Source: Squalus acanthias | Lineage: Eukaryota | Direction of reading: 5' to 3' | Length of the DNA stretch: 64,000 bases | NCBI GenBank assembly: GCA_030390025.1 | Contig: CM059432.1 | Coordinates: 24,988,001-25,052,000, forward strand | In this document: positions 11,811-24,510 of the stretch, one piece after another | Layout of the letters: the number at the start of each line of letters is the position of its first letter | Numbering within the stretch: position 1 is the first letter of the stretch | Made by a program: the position numbers and the translations under genes | Notes under the pieces: model-generated | Told to the model about the DNA's origin: nothing | Databases searched by the model: none | The model's input: only the letters and a program-made list of their open reading frames with translations

Positions 11811-12124
11811 AGCTTTGTTATATGTTGCCATTTATGTAGTGGGATTAGAAATCAATGTGAAATGCATTTAAGAGTTCAGAACTTTTCCCCCTGAAGTGTT
11901 CTCTCCTATTCCTGATCAAAAATCATTAAAAGTAAACAAGAGAATTGGCAACATTCTTCTATGGTGACTCTTTTTCCTGTAAATAAAAGACTGCCTCATC
12001 AGGGGTGCTGTCCTCATGGGCGGTGAGGAGGCATGCATGGGCGGAGGAGGCAACAAGCAGACAGAAATTCAGACCTCTGGCAGAATTAGAATAACATCAT
12101 CATCAGCTGTAAAGACTTTATAGT

Positions 12125-12330
12125 TCCTCAATTCTGACATTTCCTTTAATTATTGATGTACCTAATACTCCTGAATTCAGACAGTCTCTCAATGCTTACA
12201 TGCATCATGAATTTAGACAGCATTTTTTCTTTATTGATGTACCTATTAAACAATGAATTTAGACAGCCTCTCACTGTATTGATGTGCTGAACATTTCGGA
12301 ATTCAGTCATCCCATCGCTGTCCTCATGTC
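12125..12330. repeat. Degenerate minisatellite, unit about 40-45 bp, 4-5 copies
   Basis: Recurring tgaattyagacag and attgatgtacct. Confidence 0.6.
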
Positions 12331-12556
12331 TCTCTGGAAACGTTTATACATCAGGCTTTTCTTGGTAATTTGGGAAAAATACTTATTCTGTCATTAAATG
12401 CATTGTCATAGTTTAGGATCTGGATGAGTTAAATATCCCCATTAACTCCTCAGATTCAAGATGTGTGTGTCTAAGTGTAGGTATACAGCTTGTTGGGGGA
12501 AACACCAAGACCCAGAAATACCTGGGGGTTCGCTCCGCTGACTGAAGCGGAACCCA

Positions 12557-13100
12557 TTCATAGAATCGTAGATCACAGAAGGAGGACATTCAGCCCATCA
12601 TGCCTGTGTCGGCTCTTTTTGAAAGAGCTATCTAATTAATCCCACTCCCATGCTTCTTCCCAGCAAATATTTCCTTTTCAAGTATTTATCCAATTCCCTT
12701 TTGAAAGTTACTATTGAATCTGTATCCACCACCCTTTTAGGTAATGCATTCCAGATCATAACAACTCACTGCATAAACAGTTTTTCCTTATCTCCACACC
12801 CCCTCCGCTCCCCCCATCCCCACCAGTTATTTTACCAATTATCTTAAATCTGTGTCCTCTGATTACCGACCCTCCTGCCAGTGGAAACCATTTCTACCTA
12901 TCTACTCTATCAAAACCCCTCTTCATTTTGAATACCTCTATTAAATCTCTACATAATCTTCACTGCTCTAAGGAGAACAATCCCAGCTTCTGTAGACTCT
13001 CCACGTAACTGAAGTCCCTCACCCTAGCAACATTCTAGTAAATCTTCCCTGCACCCTCTCCAAGGCCTTGCCATCCTTCCTAAAGTGTGGTGTCCAGAAT
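12557..13100 (-). mobile_element. CR1 LINE 3' fragment (second CR1 family)
   Basis: Begins catagaatc..gaaggaggacattcagccc (rc of the 3'UTR); continues as rc ORF2 end to tgtggtgtccagaatt. Confidence 0.8.
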
Positions 13101-13410
13101 TATCTGTAACCTCCTCCAGCCCTACAACTCTCTGAAAACTGCGTTCCTCCAATTCTGGCTTCTTGTGCAATCTTGAAATTGTTTACCCCACCATTGACGG
13201 CCATGCCTTCAGCTGTCTCGGCCCTAAGCTCTGGAAAACCCTCTGTCTCGCTATCTCTCCTCCTTAAAACCTACCTTTTTGACCAAACTTTTGGTCACCT
13301 ATCTCCTTACGTGACACAGTGTCAGATTTTGTCAGATAACGCTCCTGTGATGCGCCTTAGGACGTTTTACTCCATTAAAGGCGCTATATAAATGCAAGTT
13401 GTTGTTGTTG
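13101..13410 (+). mobile_element. L2 LINE 3' end
   Basis: tatctgtaacctcctccagccc..aaaggcgctatataaatgcaagtt plus (GTT)n tail. Confidence 0.85.
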
Positions 13411-15942
13411 TGTAGCAGCCCTGTTACACAACCGGCAACTCACCATGACCAATGCCACTGGACTTCAGCTAGAATACATCTCATGAAATTTGCGGGAGCA
13501 TTTGGGCCCCAGCGTCTGACAGTATTGGGGAGGCAGATTCTGGCACCATGAGGGAGAGGGGGCCCAGAAGAATGAGGTTGAACTGCCCTTAGCTCCCTTT
13601 GAGCCATCAAGCCCCACCCCAACCTCATTCCCTCGTCAGCCTCATCCGTGGCCTATCTTGGGCTATCTGGCTGTGACCCACTGCTTTTCCCTTAAGTAAG
13701 CCAGTTTCTGCCTTTAATCACTTAGTGCACTGTGAGTGCATTTTCTGTCATATAATAAACATAAGTTGCCACAAATAAACAAATATTACCTCATAAATAA
13801 AATGTTCATTATTTGCACATTTTAAAGTTTTTATAAACAAAATTATCAATAAACCCTTAAAATGGTTTGCTGTCTTTCTCACAAAAGATCAGTTTAATTG
13901 AATCTGGAGCCAAAATGAAGATAGAAAAGGTTTGATGTGATTAACATGGATAGCAACCAGTGCTTTTCCACTGAGAATAATCAATACATTCTCAATAAAA
14001 GATCATTGACTTGAGTTATAAATGCTAGCAAAATAAATCACCGGTGTTGTCTAACTGTATGTGGGCCAAATATTGAGCTGTTGATAACAGAAAGCAAGCA
14101 GTTGTTATTATAAGTGTGAACCATGGCTGAGAAAAAGCTTTGAAAATTCACTCTCTAGTTTGTTTCTAATTTGGAAAAAGCAAAGAAACCAACAAATCCT
14201 CAAAGAGTGAAGTATGCCGGGAGATTTTGCAATCTGCACATGCTCAGAATCCACAGATGTTATCGGTGAATCCCGTCAACTATTCTGAGGAAAAATATTC
14301 TGTCAAACTCTTAGCTTTTGAGATTGGTTGAGGCCTCGAAGTAAAGATACTAACTAAGGTACTGTGACAGACAAAAGACAATTCAGTGGGTAAATTTAAT
14401 AATGTCGTTGTGAGCTATAAAATATTTTGACATTTTTATTTTGTTCAAAAACTTAGCTTTGATGATAGAAATTTCAATTAATGAGAAAAAATTGGCAGAT
14501 TAATGTTTTTCCCCCAAAAGATGTCTGATTGATTTAATTGGTTCACTTTCTTTCTTTTATTGGTAAGTTCTCCTTACTGGTCATTCAGAATTGATTCCTT
14601 GGTAGTTTCTCATCAAGACTTTCCTAGCCACTTTCCTCACTTTCGACGTATAAATTCACCTGAGTATAATACTAATTTGCTGCAGTTTTACTTTGAGCCA
14701 GTCAACAAAGCATAACAGCAAAACCATGTTGTGACAGGAAGTAAATGCTACACATTAGGAAGTGTGCACATATGCAAGACTTTTAATATATAAAATAGAT
14801 ATAACATCATGTTGACTTTGTAGTGGGACAGAATTCCTTGCTGTTGTCTATTTTTCCATGTTTTCTTTGGATTCAGTCTTCTTTCTCCACTTTATCTGAA
14901 GGGGATTCAGAAAAGGAGAACAGAAAGGATTCCAGGTTTTAGATCTCTAAGCTGTGAGGGAAATTCATCCAAGTGTTTAAACAATTGGGGATTAACAGGA
15001 TCACTGCAGTGAGATACTTTTCAGCAATAGCAAATAAGCAACCTCAGAGACCCTCATTAGAATCCCCTAGAAAATAAAAATTAACAATGGACCTTCCTCA
15101 CATTCAGAGTCAAGAATTTATATCATAAACGTCCCTTCCTGCAGAAACTATTAGTTCAGTTGAAGCGTTCAGAAGAGAATTGGATCAGTTCCTATTTCAG
15201 CAGGTGGTGGAGGGACCAGGGTTTGGGAGAGGAAAAAGATGAAAGATTGAACAGTGGGAATAATTTGCTCTCATGGCTATGCATAGCGACATTGTAAAAA
15301 ATATCTGTAAGATTCCTCTGGTCAGCATTTCTAGATAAATCATAAATGGGTTATTTTTGCATCTATTTAAGATGCTGGAACGAAGAAATACTGATGCTGA
15401 TATAGGTCCCAGAGGGCAGGATGAGGTGGATGGGTTGATTGTCCTTTATTTTTGAATTCTGATGTATTCTTCTCTTACACATTGATATTCTGTTCTTCTT
15501 TCAATTCACAGAACTCAGTCATCCAATCAGAGTCCTTTTGTTCTGACTACATTCAGCTCCACTTATGCCAAATGTAGATGTCATGGAAAATCAGTTACTT
15601 TAGACAAAATTGCAAATCCCACGCCAAACCGATAGTGTTCAATAGTAAAGCAGCTGGTTAAAACGGACAGTGTTACTGCTTAAATTGGATGATTGTCAAC
15701 GGTTGCAAGCAAATTGATTTACTGTAGTATTCCACTTACTGCAGCTTGAGATATGCAGTTGAATTATTAACATTACTTGTGTGCTGGGATTGTGGGTAGG
15801 ACCAGGGGCAGCGCCCCTGATTGGATCTGGTGGAATTGATTTTTGAAATCTAAGTTGAAAGGCTCCATTTACACTGGCCCCTCTCTGGTGAAATGCGGAA
15901 AAATAGCTTTGCACATTCAAATTTTGAGGAAAAAGGGAGCAA

Positions 15943-17447
15943 AGAACATAAGAACATAAGAAATAGGAGCAGGAGTAGGCCATACGGCCCCTTGAGTCTG
16001 CTTCGCCATTCAATAAGATCATGGCTTATCATTGACCTCAACTCCACTTTCCTGCCTGGTCTCCATATCCCTTGATTCCCCTAGAGTCCAAAAATCTATC
16101 TATCTCAGCCCTGAATATACTCAAAGACACAGCATGCACTGTGAAGGAATAAGCCATATTCAGAAAAATACACCATTCTATGAAAGAATTCTGGCCTTTG
16201 TAACATGACAAACTGGGCTTGAAAATCTAAAAACCTAACAATGGAGAAGCTGTAAACAGCATACAGGCTATTGAGATAAGATAAGTTGTTGACACTGAAT
16301 CAATAACCTTATAGAAACAGGAGGTTGGGAGCTCCTGAAGTCTGAAGCTTTGGAAAGAACACAATGGTACACCCTGTTAAGGTGTTCTAAATTACACTTG
16401 GGAAAGAAACACAGAAAATTAAGAAACATATGCCTTCGTAAAAATGACATCAAATGAAACACAGGAGACACGATTCTGTGTTGCAACCAGCTGAGGTAAC
16501 TAAGAAGACAATGGTGCACCCGGTTGAGGTGTTTTAATTTATACGTCGTAAAAAGACACAAACAGAAGACCTTGGTAAGAATGACATCAAATAGATGCAT
16601 TTGCTGTTACACCGTTTTTTATGATAAGTTTCGAACACCTAAAGGAGAGACATGAGTCTGCATTGCTACCAGCTGAACTGACTGTAAGAATAGCAGGGGT
16701 CAGCAGAAAAATGACTAGAGATAATTAGCTTACATCAGCAGAAAACTTCAAAGGAAATACCACTGAGAAAGGATACAAATATTGAACTTTCAAATGGGAT
16801 GATAGATTCACTGTAAAGGGGCAAAGCGATTCTCAGGCTTCAGAGGCAAGCTCTGTAAGTCTACAACTCTTTGTACCTCGGGGATCAAGGTATTGTACTG
16901 TATTTGATTTTGGTGGATATCCTGGAATAAGACTAAGAACTGTAAAAATGTAACGAAGTTAAGATTTGAGAATAAGGATTTCTGATAATAGAATTGTAAG
17001 ATTTCTGTTTTTGGAACTGTTAATGTTGCGATTGACTCACCAACTGTATATACATGTCAGTTCTTTAATAAATCTATATATTTTTAGAATTGTCTCACAA
17101 TACTTCTGTATCAAACTCACAAACTCAATCTCTGTACGCTCTTTGGTGAGGAGTTGCAGAATTCTGAGGGAATTTTCCAGACCCTCATAATATCCGGAAC
17201 ATTACAGTCTAGCTAAGCTTATTAAAAGTGCTATCTGGAGGACGATAACATCTTCAGGTTGTTCCTTTCCTTTAGGGAGAGATAGTCTGGACCTTTAGAC
17301 CCAATTAAGCGTCTTTAGGATTCGGCTACCTCAAACTTTAGTTGAAAGTGAACGTCTGGGGAATACGCCTGATCTGGGATAGCCCTAAAGGGGCTCGGAC
17401 TAGTAATTATCCCTTCAGTACAGCCCTCTGGGGCAGAGAATTCCAAA
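15943..17447 (-). mobile_element. CR1 3' end split by an LTR-like insertion (pieces 15943-16139 and 17422-17447)
   Basis: (agaacata)n tail; the sequence resumes in register (..cagcatgcac | agccctctggggcagagaattccaaag). Confidence 0.8.
16140..17417 (+). mobile_element. Solo LTR (ERV or LTR retrotransposon), 1278 bp
   Basis: TG...CA ends with a short inverted repeat (TGAAGGAATA / TATCCCTTCA); 4-bp TSD GCAC/GTAC; AATAAA at about 17067; internal direct repeat with period about 147 bp. Confidence 0.7.
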
Positions 17448-17789
17448 GCAGAGAGGCAACAAGTAGTGAGAGGGATTGGAGAAGGCAGGAGAGAAACAGC
17501 TACAGTTTATTTTTCCAGCATGCTACAACTAATTGTACAGTAGATCCTGGAATACAGCGATGAAATCTCTATACCTGTAAGCTAAAACATACGAAGAAAA
17601 GTTGCATGCTGCAGCTTCAACAGATCCTCCTAGCCTTGCATTGGAAAAGCTGATCAAGAGGCATTGGTGCTTAATTCGGACAGAGGCAGATCACAGACAA
17701 AACTCCAACATATAATCCAGTCTATTATCACTTTCCACCGTACTTTCTCTTTATGTTCCATTTTTGAGGTTTACACTAGCAGATGATTT

Positions 17790-18050
17790 TCTTCTCCTTT
17801 GCTTCCAGAGAAGGTGTAAAGCAGAATAAAAAGGGTCTGGGAAACTGATGTTTCACTTCCTCTGCACCCAGTGTAAATAGTCTTTTACTGTTCACTTCAC
17901 CAAACCCATCATTAGTTTTGAAAACCTCTATTGAATCTTCTCTTAGTCCTGTCAGCTCCAGTGGAAATATCCCCAGTGCCTGAAGTCTCTCCTCATAACT
18001 GTTGTTTCTCATCCCTGGAATAGCCCCAGTGGATCTATGCTGTTGATTCT
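17790..18050 (-). mobile_element. Degraded CR1 fragment
   Basis: Minus-strand ORF reads IPGMR..SYEERL..LG.F.LE..LR.D.IEVFK. Confidence 0.7.
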
Positions 18051-18284
18051 CTGTGGCTTTAAAATTCAACATCTAACTAGAGCCTTACCATCACCTTGTA
18101 CAAATTTATCATTGTTCCTTTGGAAAGAAAGAACTTGCATTTATATAGCACCTTTCACAAACACAAGACGTTCTGAAGCGCTTTGCAGCCAATTAAGTAC
18201 TTTGGCACTTTATGCCCCATTACCAAAACCCCCAAAATATTACTGGTCTTATTTATGGGCTTGTCTGCCTATACTTGCACTTTC

Positions 18285-18850
18285 AGGGAATTATATTGTA
18301 CAATTTTGGTCTCCTTATCGAAGGAAGGATATACTTGCCATAGAGGGAGTGCAACGAAGGTTCACGAGATTGATTCCTGGGATGGCGGGACTGTCATATG
18401 AGAAGAGATTGAGTAAACTAGGCCTGTATTCTCTTGAATTCAGAAGAATGAGAGGGGATCTCATTGAAGCATACAAAATTATTACAGGGCTTAATGGGAT
18501 GGATGCTGGGAGAATGTTTCCCTTGGCTGGGGAGTCTAGAACCAGGGGCCACAGCCTCAAGATCAAGGGTAGGCCATTCAGGACTGAGATGAGAAGAAAT
18601 TTCTTCACACAGAGGGTGGTGAATCTTTGGAATTCTCTACCCCAGAGGGCTGTGGAGGCTCAGTCATTGGGTATATTCAAAACAGAGGTCGATAGATTTC
18701 TGACTAGTAAGGGCATCAAGAGATATGGCGATAGGGCCGGTGAATGGAATTGAGGCAGAAGATCAGCCATGATCTCATTGAATGGCGGACCAGGCTCGAA
18801 GGGCCGAATGGCCTACTCCTGCTCCTATTTCTTATGTTCTTATGTTCTTA
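18285..18850 (+). mobile_element. CR1 LINE 3' end (ORF2 C-terminus and 3'UTR)
   Basis: YIVQFWSPY..RRFTRLIPGM..RRNFFTQRVVNLWNSLP; (ttcttatg)n tail. Confidence 0.92.
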
Positions 18851-18948
18851 TATAGTTGATCCCCATGGTCTCTCCATTCATTCACATCCTTCAGAGAAAA
18901 ATATTAAGCTAACCAAAACTTGGAATCAAGAACTATTTCAGAGTGCAC

Positions 18949-19395
18949 AGCTAGCCATGGCTCAGTGATAGCACTCTCACCTCTGAGTCAGGAGGTTGTG
19001 GATTCAAGTCCCACTCCAGAGACTTAAGCACAAAGTCTTGGTTGACACTCCAGTGCAGAACTGAGGGAGTGCTGCACTGTCGGAGGTGCCGTCTTTTGAA
19101 TGAGATGTTAAACCAAGGATCCGTCAGCCCTCTCAAGTGGACGTAAAAGATCCCAAGGCACTATTCCCAAGAAGCGTAGAGGAATTCTCCCCGGTGTCCT
19201 GGCCAACATTTATACCTCAAACAACACCTAAAACAGATGAACTGGTCATGATCGTAATGCTGTACACAAGGCTACTGTGTTTCCTACATTACATCAGCGA
19301 CTACACTTCAAAAGTACTTCATTGGCTGTAATGTGCTTTGGGACATCCTGAGGTCATGAAAGGCACTATGTACATGCAAATCTTTCTTTCTTTTA
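18949..19395 (+). mobile_element. Full-length SacSINE1/DeuSINE
   Basis: tRNA head with A/B boxes, Deu domain, L2-like tail and (tttc)n. Confidence 0.9.
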
Positions 19396-19899
19396 GCTCT
19401 TGTAATTATCTTAGTTCCAGAGATTCTCACCTCCTAATTGCCTGTACAACTTACCAGGTGCTAAAAGGAACCACCAGTTCCAAGAAACCATCCATGAGTT
19501 AAAGAATGCCTTAAAATGGCTTTGAAATTCTTGCCAACTTTGGTAATTATGTTTATCTGGCTTTGAAGTATCAGCACTACCTCTTTTCATATTCCAACAC
19601 TTCTGTTCCTTCACAACTCTTCCAATGTATGATGAAAGAGACATTTTAAAGGAACCCCAAAAGTCTGCATTGTAAATGAAGTGCTCTGACCTGCTCTGGT
19701 ACTGACCCAACCTGAATGGGGAGTGAAGACCATGCAAGGAAACAGTCTAAGCTGAGGCCTTGTGTCACATCAGGCAGAGAGGTCAGTGCTCAAAGGGGTC
19801 CAAGTGAATTCTAAACCAGGACCATTTCTGCAGTTCCTGTATGTGCTGAACTTACTTTGTAGTTCTCAAAACATCCCTCCTGCTAAAAGAATTCCCAAC

Positions 19900-20432
19900 T
19901 TCAGGTCAGCTGTAAAAAAAGAAAATAAGATCTTAGCATGTATAACCAGAGAAATAGAGCATAAAGTCCCTTAAAGTGGGGTAATTTTAACTTATCACCA
20001 GGCAAAAAGAAAATTGGATAAGGTATAAAATGGTAAGCTGATCCGCTCTCACCCATCTTTTGTCCATTGACAAGAGTTAAAATCAGCTCCACTGCATATC
20101 TACAAAGCACTATCTGGACCCAGCTAGAGTTTGGGTACAGTTCGAGTCACTGCCCTGGAGTAGGGTTATTCCAGCATTGGAGCGACTGCAGGAAAGGACC
20201 TTGGATTAGGCACCTTAGCTATGAAGAGCAATCATAGCAAGTGGGAATGTGTACAATGGAGAAAAGATGGCTCAGATGAGATCAAATATTCACAATTCTA
20301 AGAGGTATAGTTAAATTGACAACTACTAGTTTGGAATAATTGCAAATTGTATAATTGGTCAGAATCAAGCTTAGAAGAAGGAAGGTGAACAGACTACTCC
20401 GATTCAACTACTTTACATGGAGGGCAGTGATA
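19900..20432 (+). mobile_element. Degraded CR1 fragment with a small TIR element at about 19978-20090
   Basis: ILACITREIEHK then gacccagctagagtt..gtacagttc; inner element gtaattttaact..agttaaaatc. Confidence 0.55.
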
Positions 20433-20439
20433 TATATAT

Positions 20440-20955
20440 TTTTTATTCGTTTATGGGATGTGGGCGTCGCTGGCAAGGCCAGCATTTCTTGCCCATTCCT
20501 AATTGCCCTTGAGAAGGTGGTGGTGAGCTGCCTTACGGAACCGCTGTAGTCTGTGTGGTGAAGGTACTCCCACAGTGCTGTTAGGGAGGGAGTTCCAGGA
20601 TTTTGACCCAGCAACGATGAAGGATCAGCAATATACTTCTAAGTCAGGATGGTGTGTGACTTGGAGGTGATGGTGTTCCCATGCGCCTGTTGCCCTTGTC
20701 CTTCTAGGTGGAAGAGGTCACGGGTTTTGGCGGTGCTGCCGAAGAAGCCTTGGCGAGTTGCTGCAGTGCATCTTGTAGATGGTACACACTGCAGCCACGG
20801 TACGCCGGTGGTGGAGGGAGTGAATGTTTAAGGTGGTGGATGGGGTGCCAATCAAGCGGGCTGCTTTGTCCTGGATGGTGTCAAGCTTCTTGAGTGTTGT
20901 TGGAGCTGCACTCATCCAGGCAAGTGGAGAATATTCCATCACACTCCTTATATAG
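20440..20955 (-). mobile_element. Crack/CR1-group LINE 3' end
   Basis: RSVMEYSPLAWMSAAPTTLKKLDTIQDKAARLIG..LHHRRTVAAVCTIYKMH; 3'UTR with A-rich tail. Confidence 0.8.
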
Positions 20956-21109
20956 AACACTTGTCCAGTGAGGCACATGAAGAAGAGGGAAATGGATAGG
21001 TATTTTGAAAAAAATGATTAAATATCCTACTGATGCTCTCTCTCTGGGCTCAGATATGCAGAATGACCACTTGGATAAGGTGATGCTGATACCCATAAGA
21101 CCATATGCA

Positions 21110-21290
21110 ATTTCCAGCAAGGGTCACTAGACAATGATCAGGAGTGGAAATGTTGGCTGTTATTTTATATCCCTCTCCTTAACCCAAGGACTCTAAATGC
21201 AACTCTGTCTGAGATCCGCTAACTCAGCACAGACCGAGGATCAAACCTGTGGCCTTCCTGACCTGTATGGTTTAGTGTCAAATCCGGTGG
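21110..21290 (-). mobile_element. AmnSINE2-like 5' half
   Basis: Reverse complement reads ctaaaccatacaggtcaggaaggccacaggtttgatcctcggtctgtgctgagttagcggatctcag. Confidence 0.6.
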
Positions 21291-21459
21291 TGATACAATT
21301 ACTTGCACTTTGTAACTCTTTGTGGGCAAAAGTCAGTCTCGTCAGGAAACAAAGAGAAGAAAGCATGGACAAATTGAAAACCGGATAGATGGACCACGGA
21401 AGTCTTTTATGATTCTAAACATTTCTAAGTTCCTATATTTAACATTGGCAGGAGCCAGC

Positions 21460-22016
21460 GTTGGCCTTTATTACAAGAGGATTTGAGTATAAGAGTAAAG
21501 TTGTCTTACTGCAATTATATAGGGCCCTGGTGAGACCACACCTGGAGTATTGTGTACAATTTTGGTCTCCTTACCTAAGGATTGAGTTGGCCTATATTCT
21601 CTAGAGTTTAGAAGAATGAGAGGTGATCTCATTGAAACATACAAAATTCTTACATGGCTTGACAGGGTAGATGCAGGGAGGATGTTTCCCCTGGCTGGCG
21701 AGTCTAGAACCAGGGGTCACGGTCTCAGAATAAGGGGTCAGCCATTTAGGACTGAGATGAGGAGAAATGTCTTCACTCAGAGGGTGGTGAATCTTTGGAA
21801 TTCTCTACCCCAGAGGGCTGTGGAGGCTCAGTTGTTGAGTATAATCAAGACAGAGATCGATAGATTTTTGAATATTAAGGGAATCAAGGGATATGGGGAT
21901 AGTTCAGTAAAGGAGATGAGGTAGATGATCAGCCATGATCTTATTGAATGGCAGAGCAGGCTCGAAGGGCCAAATGGCCTACTCCTGCTCCTATTTCTTA
22001 TGTTATGTTCTTATGT
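21460..22016 (+). mobile_element. CR1 3' end with an internal deletion near 21580
   Basis: [20 protein letters not shown] joins directly to the [16 protein letters not shown] segment; 3'UTR and tail present. Confidence 0.9.
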
Positions 22017-22129
22017 TATCACTTTACATTGGTTTTTGAAGACGATAGTAATAAATTCTCCTCCAATGACTTGCAAAGTGCCAGTAAGTGCACTGCCCTG
22101 TACAATACTAAAATCATACAGATCAGAAA

Positions 22130-22700
22130 GGCTGAAGGTTTGATCCTCACTGTTGGCCCTTCTTGTTCTCCTTCAGTTACACCGTTGACCACATCATTCT
22201 CCTCCATAGCCTCTCCTTTACTGTCCGGCCCCATGGGACTCCTACTTGTCCCATTGCATTTCTACCAAAGGCATAATTGCTTGGGAGTTCTCACAGATAA
22301 GGCCTTGTCCCCCCTTCCCTTCCTTATCTTAATACTGTCCCTTGGTGATATCACCCATATGCATGCTGACCAAACCTTGCCGTACCTCTGCACCACTTCC
22401 CTTAACCACACAACCACCTCTGTGGTCCCCGTCTACCTGTCTGACATTGGGTTGTAGATGAGCTCAAATTTCCTCCAAATGAAGACCAAAGCCATCACTT
22501 TTGGCCCTGGCTACAAACTCAGCTCCCTTGCTTCTGGTTCTATCTCCCTTCTTGCCAACTCATTTAGGGTAATCGAGGCAGTGTGAAAACTTGGGATCCT
22601 GTTCAACCCAGAGCTGAGCTGCAACCCTTTATTTTATCCATCACTAAGACTGCTTATCTGCAATATTACCTGCCTGCCTCTGACCCCACCACCAAGTTGC
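22130..22700 (+). mobile_element. Degraded L2 RT fragment
   Basis: Similar to 34380-34960 (gttgaccac..catatgcatgctgac..aagaccaaagccatc). Confidence 0.7.
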
Positions 22701-23394
22701 CAAGAAGGAACATTGAATCAGGTGGCATAAAAGGATTTAAGAGGAGTTAAATGCGTGCGATTGAGGAATATCCTGCGAAGAAGGTAGATAGGGCCAAGAA
22801 CTACAAAAAGGGCTGAGCTTATTAAACTATATGGGCTTTTCCTGAATGTACAAATACTCATGCCCTTCATTTGCTCAGCTATTTCAGAGACACTTTCACC
22901 CCAGTATCTGGGGGGTTTGAAACACTGCAGGATTTTGGATGGGCTAAGTGAAAAATTAAATAGCATCTCAACTGCAGATGGTAAAGTTGAGTACATATGC
23001 AGTCAAGGAAGAGATTAAAAGTCCTATTCGTTTCACTTGAGGGACAGTTTTGCAGATCAAAACAAGAACTTAATCTGTTACTCAGTCTGTTAGAAATTAA
23101 TTCAACCTGCAGAACCAGGAAACTTATGACCTCTGGTTCTTGACAGCTCATGGTCATCTCTGCGAGCCTTTAATGACTACATTCCAAAATGCCTGAATGT
23201 TTACGGTTGCATTTCTTTTTAATTTAAAATAGTTGTTCCCCCATGGTGTTACTCAGGAACAAAAAATAAAATAGTGTCTCTCTCTTCTTGTAACTGTGTT
23301 TATGACCCACTCTTAAAATCTTTTCTGTTTCCATTGTTGTGTCTATTTGTCTTCCAATCACTAACCCTCTCACACATTTATTGATGTCCCTATA

Positions 23395-23685
23395 TCTTTT
23401 TTTTCCTGTGTGTTCTTGAGACGTGGCAGCAGTTATTGCCCTAGCTTTCCTGGAAGTATTAAGAGCCAACCACGTAGAGTGGTACTTCAGTCACATGTTA
23501 TCTTCCCTGAAGGCCATTAGTGAATCAGTTGAATTTTTACAACAATCCGTCAGCTTCCATGATCATTTTACTGGTGCTGGCTTACAAGTTCCCAGCATTA
23601 TTGAATTCAATTGCACAACTTTGTGGGCTTTGAATTCAGCATCTCTGGGTTGTTAGTTCAGTACCATAACCAATATACTACCATT
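23395..23685 (-). mobile_element. MetaSINE-like tRNA SINE
   Basis: Reverse complement has a tRNA head, ggattgttgtaaaaattcaactgattcactaatggccttcagggaag (Meta-like domain) and a tail shared with the Crack-like LINE. Confidence 0.6.
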
Positions 23686-24510
23686 CACCTTTATGCTTGT
23701 TCTTTTCTACAACTCTTTCTGTCTCCTCTCTTTCTGTCTCCTCTCTTGTATATCTGTATGCCTATCATGTATTCCTTCACTGATTTTCTGAATTTTGTAT
23801 CTTTTACCTTTTTCAAAGATTAGCCCATCGAGCAAGGTGAGAGCAATTATGCCCAGTTGGAGGTGTTGATCTGGGGCAGGTGGGGAGAGACTATTGAGAA
23901 GGTTCTAAAACATGCACTGTTGGAAGAGGTAGTTGTGTCCTCACCTGAGGGAATGGTGGATCTGGCACTGCAGCCCTGTTATTAGTGAATCCAGGACTAC
24001 TGCAACACATGGAAGTGATATACAAATTGAAACAGTGGCCTTTAGAGCGGTGGAAATATCATGCTTCTGAGGCTAGAGCAGGAATCTGAGTTTGGAGAGA
24101 ATAAGGCCCAGAATTCACACCCGGAATAAAAGGAAGTGCACTGAGTTTAGATGCTTGAGCCAGGAGCGCAGCGGAAGGGGAACGTGGAGTAAGGCTCAAG
24201 AGCCAAACATGGAAGAAAGAGGATATGTTTTTGTGGTACTGATTGCTTTGTGCTTGGTGGCCAGGGGAGTTTTGCTGGTGATATGAAATGTGACAGTAGA
24301 TGGGCAACAGCCATTTTGAGAGGCTCAGTAAGTGTCTGGTGCACTGGCCTGTTGTACTTCACTTTCATTTTTCAGCAGCATCGGCCACTGTGCTTGGCAA
24401 ATGAGCTCATCTATCAATCGTAAAGTTAAATGAGGATGTCGGTCTGCTTAAGTCCTGCATTCCCAATGAACACTCAAAACTACAGCCTCTACATCAAGAA
24501 TACATAGATG

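Noticed and set aside
18037..18753. 238-aa ORF
   Set aside because: Chance fusion of unique DNA, an antisense SINE tail and the CR1 ORF2 C-terminus.
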